Source of the DNA: Nemertoderma westbladi
Taxonomy: Eukaryota; Animalia; Xenacoelomorpha
DNA length: 37,635 bases
Assembly: GCA_032718475.1 (NCBI GenBank)
Contig: JAUCBJ010008948.1
Span: 1-37,635 of the forward strand
Direction of reading: 5' to 3'
Part shown: one piece after another, positions 1 through 8,636 of the stretch
Numbering within the stretch: position 1 is the first letter of the stretch
Layout of the letters: each line of letters begins with the position of its first letter
Made by a program: the position numbers and the translations under genes
Notes under the pieces: generated by a model
The model's input: the letters and a program-made list of their open reading frames with translations, nothing else
Databases searched by the model: none
Told to the model about the DNA's origin: nothing

Positions 1-42
1 TTGGTCTGTTCAACAGTTCTGCTGTTAGTATAGAGGTCGCGG

Positions 43-912
43 TTGTTTATCAGATATAGAGAAACTTATTGTCACAAGGAGAATAGCTACTTCTTAAAAT
101 TCAATGAGAGGAAGACCAAGACAGAGAGTGGAATTGCAGGGAGAAACAGAAGAGCAGTTTCAAATAAAGCATATGAAGTAGTGGAGAACAGGAGCATTTG
201 TCCGGTCACCCTCCATGATATCTATTTGTCTAAACGGTTTCCAACAGGTATAGTAGACCCAAAAAGGCTAGATATTGGATGAAGCCCAAAGAAGGCAAAT
301 GTGGAGGAGTCCTATCAGAGTGGTTTTGCAAACAACTAACAGGAAAGAACAATTTTAATACTATAGTAAAACGATTAACTGACGCAGGCGGTGTCAATAA
401 AGACAGGAGAAAACTAACCACCATGAGTTATCGAAAGAGTGTAGCCCAGGCCATTGTTGATAAGAATATCCCGTCTAACTACGCGCAACTAAAATTGGGC
501 CACAAATACCTGAGCACTACAACCACCTACATACGTCCAACAGAGTTCAGCCAATTTGAAATTAGTAATGTTGTATCTAATCTGATTTCAGGTTGGGCAG
601 TTCTTGCATCGGGTGGTTCGGGTGCAGGAGGAGAGCTATCTGGTGGCAAATCAGTTTTAGAATCTGGTGGCATAGTAGATGTAGAACGATCAGGTGCCAG
701 ACCATTTCATGCATTGGCTAGCGCAGGTGGAGGATCTACTGTTGGAACAGCATCATGCCCAGGGGCAGGGAGGGGAATGTGATGGATGAGGGCAAGCAGT
801 GACCAACCATAATAAAAATGTTGACATAAGTCAATACATGCAACTTCAATCCATCTTCGGCAATGCTACTATCAATGGCCCAATAAATATATACTTTGGT
901 TCTTCAAAATAA
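43..912 (+). pseudogene. Crypton-type tyrosine recombinase (DUF3504-like) remnant, frameshifted, 5' part outside the window
   Basis: ORFs 43-282 and 279-782 give ERKTKT...CPV..HDIYLSKR, WFCKQLTGKNNFNTIVKRL..AG, KLTTMSYRKS (degenerate HSxR) and LGHKYLSTTTTY (catalytic H...Y box). An out-of-frame tail FGNATINGPINIYF stops at 910-912. Confidence 0.7.
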
Positions 913-995
913 GAATTTAACTCAGGATATGCTGTAGTATTAAAATAAACTAAACATGGAAACATAGTATTATTTATATATATTTAATAAGAATA

Positions 996-1261
996 TGTTA
1001 GAAGTTGAAGTGTATATATCGAATATCATTATAATATATTAGGCCTACTAGCCAAACATGACTGCAGATATATAAACCTAGCGCAGTACAGCAGTACTTC
1101 TGACAGTCATTGTAGATGCTCAGTACCGGTTGCCGGTAGCACAATGATAAACTAGAATGTAATACAACTAGAGTATTTAAATTTCCCGCCACACCCTTAA
1201 GATACTGATCATCGCATAATATATTGTCATACAGTTTAAAGGTAAGTTACAGTTTCTAACA
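996..1261 (-). repeat. Copia 3' LTR (266 bp)
   Basis: TGTTAGAA...TTCTAACA terminal inverted repeat; no differences seen against 18340-18605. Confidence 0.97.
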
Positions 1262-1270
1262 CTCCCACTT
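1262..1270 (-). other. Copia polypurine tract
   Basis: AAGTGGGAG on the minus strand directly abuts the 3' LTR. Confidence 0.8.
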
Positions 1271-1301
1271 GACAATAGTAATTATGCGACATTGAATTTA
1301 A

Positions 1302-4300
1302 TTACTCTAATGAAATAAGACCAATTTTTGAGCAATGATACTCAAATATCGCTTTCGTGAGTCCCTTTGTAAACATATCAGCAGTCATTTCCTTCGAGCT
1401 GCAGTATTTAACAGTAACAATATTGCGAGCAATTAGTTCTCGAATGAAATGAAACCTGACATCGATATGTTTAGTACGATTGTGGAAGACAGGGTTCTTC
1501 ACTAGTGCAATAGCACTCTGGTTATCCTCAAACATCATTACTGGTTCAACCTTTGACAATAATATGTTTGCTATCAAGATGCGCAACCACTTTGCCTCTT
1601 GGGCAGCTGAACTTAATGCAACATATTCTGCTTCTGTTGAAGATATTGCCACAATGTCCTGTCTCTTGCTTCTCCAGCTAACAGCACAATCTCCTACAAA
1701 GAATATATATCCAGATGTAGATTTACGAGTTTCAGAACATCCTGCATGATTAGCATCTGAGTATCCACTTGCAGAAATCACTGAAGTTTCTTTAGCATTA
1801 TATTTTAAACCTACATTCAATGTACCACGGATATAACGAAATACACGTTTTACCCCCTTCCAATGTGCCTCTGATGGATCTGACATGTATTTACTTAAAA
1901 TACCAATAGATGTAGCTAAATCTGGTCGAGTTCCAGTCATTGCATATGTGAGACTACCAATCGCTGTTTGATAAAGAGTTTTGTCAGCTGGTTTCTCATC
2001 ATCAGTTCTCTTCTCGAATTTCACATTTGGATCAATTGGGGTAGCAACTGGTTTGCAGTTTAGCATACCAAATCTCTCAAGTACATTTTCTAAGTACTTT
2101 GATTGATTTATAGTCATTGTCCGATTCTTACGATCCCTAGTAATCACCATTCCAAGAATATATTCTAATTCTCCTTTATCAACCATTTCAAATCGACTAG
2201 ATAATGTACATTTCTCTTGCATTAATATTTCATCATCATTTGATGCTATGAGAATATCATCTACATAGAGAACAATGATTACTACAATATCATTGACATA
2301 CTTGATATACATGCACGGATCAGCTTCATTTTGTTTGAATCCATTCGAAGTTAGATGCTTATCAATTAATTTATTCCAGCATCTAGAAGATTGTTTTAAA
2401 CCATAAATGGCCTTTTTTAGTTTGCAGACGAAATCAGGACGTTTGTCATCAACATAGCCCTCTGGTTGCTTCATATAGATTTCATTCTCAAGTTCCCCAT
2501 TTAGAAAGGCTGTTTTAACATCCATTTGATGTATTGACCAATTCAGTTGATTTGCAATAGCTAATACTGTACGAATAGCACTGTATTTAGCAACAGGTGC
2601 AAACACTTCATCATAGTCTATCCCATATTCTTGAGTAAAACCACGTGCCACTAGACGGGCTTTATAACGTTCAATGGAACCATCAGGTTGATATTTATAT
2701 TTGAGAATCCATTTGCAATCAACAATATTTGCATCTGCGGGTGCTTTTACCAAAGTCCACGTCTGATTCTTTATTAGAGATTCATATTCAGTATCCATTG
2801 CCTCTCGCCAATAATCACCATCATTTCGTGACCATGCTTCTTTGAGTGTTTGAGGTTCAATACTCTCCTCCTCTACAATCATGGCCTTCGGCCATTCAAT
2901 TGTACCCAATCGGTCTGGTGGCTTACGTTGACGTGTTGGATAATGACAAACACTTTTTGATGTTGATGATGAAGTCATTTCACCTTCATTGATTGTTTCC
3001 ACTACAGGTTCATCATCTAAATCAAACCCATGAAATACTTCACCATCAGATGAAGACACACTATCTCCTATAGTCTCAATCTCCATAGCCTCTTGATTAT
3101 TTACAATGTTTGATGTATGATCAACTATACTCGTCCTAGTCTGTTGAGCCTCTTGATTATTTACAATGTTCGATGTATGATCAACTATACTCTTCCTAGT
3201 CTGTTGAGCCTCTTTTACAACTAGCTCCCCTTGATCAACATCGGAACTTTCCTTCATATATGGAGGTTTTAATATTGGATTTGTGACACGATTTGACATC
3301 TTTGGAAAACTATTTTCAAAGAACTGTACATCACGACTCTCATAAATCCGCTTACTCTCTGGCTCATATAATCTATAACCCTTAGACTTTCCACTATATC
3401 CAATAAAGATGCACTTACGAGCCTTTGCATCGAGTTTCTTTCGTTTCTCTCGTGGTAGATGCATAAATGAATAACATCCAAAAATTCTCAAAGAACTTAC
3501 ATCTGGTTTATTGCCAAACCAAACTTCATAGGGAGTCGACCCTTGAACTGCATTTGTAGGACATCGGTTGCGAATATAAACAGCAGTGCTCACAGCTTCT
3601 GCCCAGAACTGTTTTGATAATCCTGCTGCATATAACATTGACAATGCAAGTTCCATAATTGTGCGATTCATGCGCTCTGCAACTCCATTTTGTTGTGGAT
3701 TATATGGAACAGTGAATTCATGCATAATTCCTTTAGATAAACAATACTCTTTTAATGAGGTTGAGTTATATTCGCCACCATTATCTGAACGTAATATCTT
3801 TACAGTTCGACCAATTTGGTTTTCAACTTTTGCTACAAAATCCTTGAAGCATTGAAATAGTTCACTTTTATGCTTCAATATATAAACTGTTGTATATCGT
3901 GATTTATCATCAATGATAGTAGCAAAATATTTAGAACCACCAATTGATTCAGTGTCCATAGGGCCACATATATCTGAGTGAACAATATCAACTAGATCAT
4001 CTGCCCTACGAGAAGAATGTGTAGGAAATGGGACCTTGTGCGATTTCCCTAGTGCACAACCCTCACAATTCGTATTGAAGGTTTCTATATCACAATTAAT
4101 TCCACTTACCATTTCATTATCCAATAATTGCTTTAAGCTATCAATTCCAACATGACCAAATCGTTCATGCCATATTTGACCAGGTAAAGAAGTAGCAACC
4201 AATGCAGAATTACCAGTATGTACTTCAAGTTTATACAAGTCACCATCCACTCTACCATTTGCAATTACTTGTTTTCCATAACCAATTTCACATTCTGACC

Positions 4301-5381
4301 TATAAAAATTTATATAAGCCCCTTTCTTTGTCAATGCACGAACTGAAAGAAGATTCTTCCCTAGTTTTGGAACATACAAAACTTCAGAAATACAAAGTTT
4401 AGCTCCGCAAGTAGATTGAATATTAACAATTCCTTTACCTATAGCATTTACATAACGTTTATCACCAAGATAAACATATTTGCAATGGTCAAATTTTTCA
4501 TAATTTATGAAACAATCTGACACAAATGTCATATGTTCGGTAGCTCCTGAATCAATATACCAATTATCACACCCAGTATTCGAATTGCTAATATGCAAAG
4601 CAAACGAACAGTTTTCAAGATAATCCAGCTCATTCAATACTGATTCACTACCTTTAACAAGAAGTCCCTCTGACTTCTTTCGAGTTGGACACGCTGAAGC
4701 CCAATGTGAATTATCACTGCAAAGTTGACAACCTCTTTGAGTACATTTCCGAGCAAAATGTCCCCCAACACCACACTTGAAACATGGAGCCTTGCTCTTC
4801 CGGAATCCTGGTGAAGAAGTGAACTGCTGCGGCTTGCTACTCCCACTGTCTTGTTGTCCCTTCTTTGCATAACCCTTTTGTTTCACTGATAAAAGGGCAT
4901 TCTCTGTTTCACTATTGTGTGTGTGCCGTGCACTTTCATTAAACAGTAAACCCTTTATATTGTCCCATGACATTTCATTGACAGCAACATCAATCGCTGA
5001 CAGCATGGAATTATACGATGATGGAAGTGATCCTAAAACAGTAAGTGCGAATGCCTTGTCCGTAATATTCTCTTCTGGATCAAGTTCATTAATCTTTGTG
5101 TAAAGATTCCTCATCTCCGTAACATGTTTCTCAACGTTGCCACCATTTGGCAACTGTTTATTGAAAAATTCGGTTCGAAGTCTAACAATCTTTAGCCATG
5201 ATTTTCGATCAAACTGTTCCTCTAATGCATCCCAAGTTTCCTTTGCAGTCGTTGCATCCTGTAAAAGCTTTTGCTGAATTGTCCGGTTATTTTTCCTTAT
5301 TTTTCCCGTAAAATACTCTGTAGTTGGTTTACCAGGCATAAAAAGGCCGTGTCCTTGCTGTACTGGTGTTTTAGTGGACAT
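1302..5381 (-). CDS. Copia Gag(C-terminal part)-PR-IN-RT-RNaseH polyprotein; about the first 41 codons come from the antisense BEL LTR
   Basis: Two CCHC knuckles (CFKCGVGGHFARKC, CQLCSDNSHWASAC); protease YIDSGATEHM; WHERFGH..CEGC; integrase HSDICGP/SDNGGEY/GVAERMNRT; SKGYRLY; RT MDVKTAFLNG/LYVDDIL; RNase H YSDAN/TEAEY/EDNQSAI/ADMFTK. No stops in 1359 aa. Confidence 0.96.
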   Translation of the reverse strand: MSTKTPVQQGHGLFMPGKPTTEYFTGKIRKNNRTIQQKLLQDATTAKETWDALEEQFDRKSWLKIVRLRTEFFNKQLPNGGNVEKHVTEMRNLYTKINELDPEENITDKAFALTVLGSLPSSYNSMLSAIDVAVNEMSWDNIKGLLFNESARHTHNSETENALLSVKQKGYAKKGQQDSGSSKPQQFTSSPGFRKSKAPCFKCGVGGHFARKCTQRGCQLCSDNSHWASACPTRKKSEGLLVKGSESVLNELDYLENCSFALHISNSNTGCDNWYIDSGATEHMTFVSDCFINYEKFDHCKYVYLGDKRYVNAIGKGIVNIQSTCGAKLCISEVLYVPKLGKNLLSVRALTKKGAYINFYRSECEIGYGKQVIANGRVDGDLYKLEVHTGNSALVATSLPGQIWHERFGHVGIDSLKQLLDNEMVSGINCDIETFNTNCEGCALGKSHKVPFPTHSSRRADDLVDIVHSDICGPMDTESIGGSKYFATIIDDKSRYTTVYILKHKSELFQCFKDFVAKVENQIGRTVKILRSDNGGEYNSTSLKEYCLSKGIMHEFTVPYNPQQNGVAERMNRTIMELALSMLYAAGLSKQFWAEAVSTAVYIRNRCPTNAVQGSTPYEVWFGNKPDVSSLRIFGCYSFMHLPREKRKKLDAKARKCIFIGYSGKSKGYRLYEPESKRIYESRDVQFFENSFPKMSNRVTNPILKPPYMKESSDVDQGELVVKEAQQTRKSIVDHTSNIVNNQEAQQTRTSIVDHTSNIVNNQEAMEIETIGDSVSSSDGEVFHGFDLDDEPVVETINEGEMTSSSTSKSVCHYPTRQRKPPDRLGTIEWPKAMIVEEESIEPQTLKEAWSRNDGDYWREAMDTEYESLIKNQTWTLVKAPADANIVDCKWILKYKYQPDGSIERYKARLVARGFTQEYGIDYDEVFAPVAKYSAIRTVLAIANQLNWSIHQMDVKTAFLNGELENEIYMKQPEGYVDDKRPDFVCKLKKAIYGLKQSSRCWNKLIDKHLTSNGFKQNEADPCMYIKYVNDIVVIIVLYVDDILIASNDDEILMQEKCTLSSRFEMVDKGELEYILGMVITRDRKNRTMTINQSKYLENVLERFGMLNCKPVATPIDPNVKFEKRTDDEKPADKTLYQTAIGSLTYAMTGTRPDLATSIGILSKYMSDPSEAHWKGVKRVFRYIRGTLNVGLKYNAKETSVISASGYSDANHAGCSETRKSTSGYIFFVGDCAVSWRSKRQDIVAISSTEAEYVALSSAAQEAKWLRILIANILLSKVEPVMMFEDNQSAIALVKNPVFHNRTKHIDVRFHFIRELIARNIVTVKYCSSKEMTADMFTKGLTKAIFEYHCSKIGLISLE
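3087..3214. repeat. 60-bp in-frame tandem duplication in the Copia IN-RT linker
   Basis: EAQQTR(K/T)SIVDHTSNIVNNQ occurs twice; 2 nucleotide mismatches between units. Confidence 0.9.
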
Positions 5382-6466
5382 AAAAGCTATTTCTTCTGTA
5401 TTTGTACTTTAGAGGACATAATCCGTAATTCCGTGACGTAAAAGCTCGATACTCTTGAAAACAGTGTCGCTACCATGACGACGGCTAGCAGCTGATATTG
5501 CCACGTCGACGTTTCTTTGTTTCTCTGTTCTCTCGTTGTTCAGGTTGACCAATCAGAGCGTTTGTTATCTCTGTGTTGGAGGTATATACAGAAACTCAGT
5601 AGTTCAGTGTTATGTTTTTGCCCAGAGCCTAAGATCCGGCTTTGGCACCTCCGTGTTTTCAGTTTTTAGTCTTACACTAGTAGGTTTAATTATAAAGGGC
5701 ATATATCCTTTAACTCATGGAATCACTGCTGACTGATCATACATACTGACTGCTGAAACATTGCAAACTCATAACAATCAGTGTTTTCATTGTTGCTTTA
5801 TACTGCTATTTACTGTCAGTTCTTCATAACATGGTTGATGAATTATTATATTTGGAATAACGATAAATAACCCCGAAACCCAATATTCTTGATATACCGA
5901 AGGTAAGAGAGAAGGGTTACAGATAAACGATTGTGACTTATGTTAAAGTGGTTTGAAGTGAATCTAATGTTATTTGATAGACCCTACATGAGTCAGTCTG
6001 TGTTCCTTTTATATGTGACTAAAATCAGTGAAGATTGGCAAATTAGTGTGCAGTATTGTGCAGCATTGTGTATGAGTGAGTCTGTTAAAGAAGCAATTCC
6101 TAAAGAATGCGCCATATATGTGAATTATAATTAAGCCATATCGTTGTGAGTAGTTTAAGTCATAACTCTGTTTATATAGATAAAGCGCCACGTCCTAAAG
6201 GAACTGTTAATATTACCGAAGGTGAATAATATTGTCAGAGATTATATAGTACTGTCAGTCGAATAATACATTAGGCTTACATAGCAATAAAATTAAACCG
6301 TCGAACCCAATCTCCCGGGAATATCCAGCGGGTGAATGATCGCGCACAGATTGGTTTCGACTAGTGTAGTGAATCAAATACTTGTCATAGACTAAAAACC
6401 GATTTAATATCTAGAAGACATCTTAATTTGGTGGGTTAAACTGCCAAAGGTCTGAAAGCGCGAACA
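5260..6466 (+). repeat. BEL/Pao 5' LTR (1207 bp)
   Basis: TGTAAAAGC...GCGCGAACA; matches 16642-17848 with about 6 substitutions seen by eye. Confidence 0.96.
5430..5610 (+). promoter_or_regulatory. Putative U3 promoter of the BEL LTR
   Basis: CRE-like GTGACGT (~5434), CCAATCAG (~5549), TATATA (~5583) and TCAGT Inr-like motifs (~5596, ~5603) in a plausible order; motif-only inference. Confidence 0.4.
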
Positions 6467-6488
6467 TTAAAGGATATAGCTTCTTTAT
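6467..6488 (+). other. Non-tRNA primer-binding position, complementary to LTR segment 5692-5713
   Basis: TTAAAGGATATAGCTTCTTTAT pairs with ATAAAGGGCATATATCCTTTAA: 18 Watson-Crick pairs, 2 G-U and 2 mismatches, with a perfect 12-bp run at the LTR boundary. No TGG follows the LTR. Confidence 0.7.
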
Positions 6489-6761
6489 TGCAGTAAGCAA
6501 TAAAGTTGAAAGTACCGGTCAACCGGTACATCTGTAGGTCAGTAGGCCTGACTACCTAACTACCCGGACCGGTACCTACAGCAGTACAGGTACAGCAGTA
6601 TTATTCGATTTTGATTGTTATATACCAGTAGGCCTTAATAATTTATCAGGGACTGCAGCCCTGGTTTTTTATTGAGATTTTTACTTATTTCTGTCAAGTT
6701 TTATTTGTTTGTAGGCCAGTATTGAACAGAAGGCGTGTAAACCTCATCAGATTGTACAGAC

Positions 6762-7332
6762 AATTTGTAGGCTGAGCTGTTGTCTGGCTGTTATTAAGTC
6801 TGAACGGATTACAGTGTGTGTAGAGCACTTGTCCGATTAAGTACGGTTAGGAAGTAGGGGCAGCCAATGCGGTAAGGTAAACCCCCAACTAAAGAATAAG
6901 TCGCACTACTGGGTTAGAGCGCATACTCCCTAATCATTTCGGAGTCTGCATGTCCTGTGGTTTATTTAGGCTTGAGAGTAGTCTGCCATCGTTTAGTCTG
7001 TACTTTGTTTGTGTAAGTCTGTACGGGTAGCGTATAATTTTATTTAGATAATTTGTAGGCTGGATAGTTGTCTGGCTGTTATTAGGTCTGAACGGATTGC
7101 CGCGTGTGTAGATCATCTGTCCGATTAAGTACGGTTAGGCAGTAGGGGCAGCGAACGCTGTAAGGTAAACCCCCAACTAAAGAATAAGTCGCACTACTGG
7201 GTTAGAGCGCATACTCCCTAATCATTTCGGAGTCTGCATATACCGTAGTTTGTTTAGGCTTGATAGTAGTCTGTCAGTGTTCGGTCTGTATTTTGTTTGA
7301 GTAGTTTGTACGCGTAGCGTACTATTTATTAT
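6762..7332. repeat. 288-bp tandem duplication in the BEL 5' leader
   Basis: Units start at 6762 and 7050 (AATTTGTAGGCTG); central ~80 nt identical, flanks diverged. Confidence 0.9.
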
Positions 7333-8264
7333 TCAGAGTTTATGCGATTATTCGCAACATTCAAGTCCCCAAGTTTGTTCCTACAGTAATTGTGTTTGTT
7401 ATACATACCGCTATAGTTAAATTAACCCCGGTACTACACGGGCTGCTCGGCGTAGGTAAAGACTGGTGATTTTGTGCATCGGTCACTCCAGCAGATGCCG
7501 TGGTTCTTTTAGCTGTTCAAGTATATTTAACTACTGATTATTTGTTGTACAAGTACTCGTACCTAATTTAGGGTTTAGTGTACAGTGCTTTCCGAGAATA
7601 ATTAGTGTAGACATTATATCTGTGTTGTAAAGTGGTTGATAGGCACATTCGATTAGCTCTATTAACTTCTAGGTAGGAACACTCCGTGATACATAACGTA
7701 GAACCTATAGCGATACGGCTATAGGTCGTCAGGCGGTGGTATTTTCCTATCTAGACAACGCAGTGTATTTACTACTACTTATTATTTCAAATACCGTAGT
7801 ACTCTGTCCGTTGTAATAACCGGTTATCTAACCCTTTGTTAGGCTGGTTTGTAGACTTCTTGTAAAATTACCCTAAAAATTCGTATTTTGTGTTTTTGTA
7901 AATTTTTGTGTTTATTTAGAGATTGTAATCTCAACCCGAATTGTACGTAATTAGTAGTATTAAGTAACTTAGGTAAATTAGAATTATTTGTTTTAGTGTC
8001 CTATACGTAATACTTCACTAAAAGCGCACCGCTTTGTGTAGTGATTACCCCAGAAATAATAACATTTATTTCAAACATTGACAAAACCCATTAAAACGGG
8101 TATATATTATAAATCAAATCTAACGATTTATAAATAGTAGGCCTACCATATAACCATTAGGTCTCAATATCAGTTGGATTACTGCTTAAATAACGGTAAT
8201 AAAGTAAGTTAAAGTAGTTAATAGTAACCCTAAAGTTCAGAAATTCAATTATTCTAAAATAATT

Positions 8265-8550
8265 GATATACCGGTATTTACGATAGGCCTATTATCTTAT
8301 TTCTATAAATCTAGGCTGAAATTATACCGGTACTTGTAATTAATTCTATTCTAGAATTATATATACTACAAACAGTAAGCTGTATACCGGTATTCCGATA
8401 GGCCTATTATATATTTATATATATTTGTGCTAAAATTATACCGGTATTCTGTGATAAACCTAGTCTGTAATAATAGTTATATATACTATAAGCATACCGG
8501 TATTCTAATATATTATATATCACGCTACACTGAGTAGCAGTACCGGTAAT
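8265..8550. repeat. Array of six TACCGGTA palindromes upstream of the BEL gag ATG
   Basis: Sites at 8269, 8325, 8385, 8439, 8495 and 8541 (spacing 46-60 bp); TAGGCCTA at 8284 and 8399. Confidence 0.85.
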
Positions 8551-8636
8551 TAATTACTAGGCTAGCAGTTAATACTGAGTTATTAGACTTACTCAGACTG
8601 TAATACAGCAGTAGACATTCAACGGTATACATAGTC

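Noticed and set aside
5536-6191. Short ORFs repeated at 16918-17573 (also 998-1192 and 18342-18536)
   Set aside because: They recur only because they sit in LTRs; no protein motifs.
6427-6445. TTTGGTGGG as a tRNA PBS for the BEL element
   Set aside because: It lies inside the LTR (also present in the 3' LTR, ~38 bp before the TSD-defined end) and does not resemble a tRNA 3' end I recognise.
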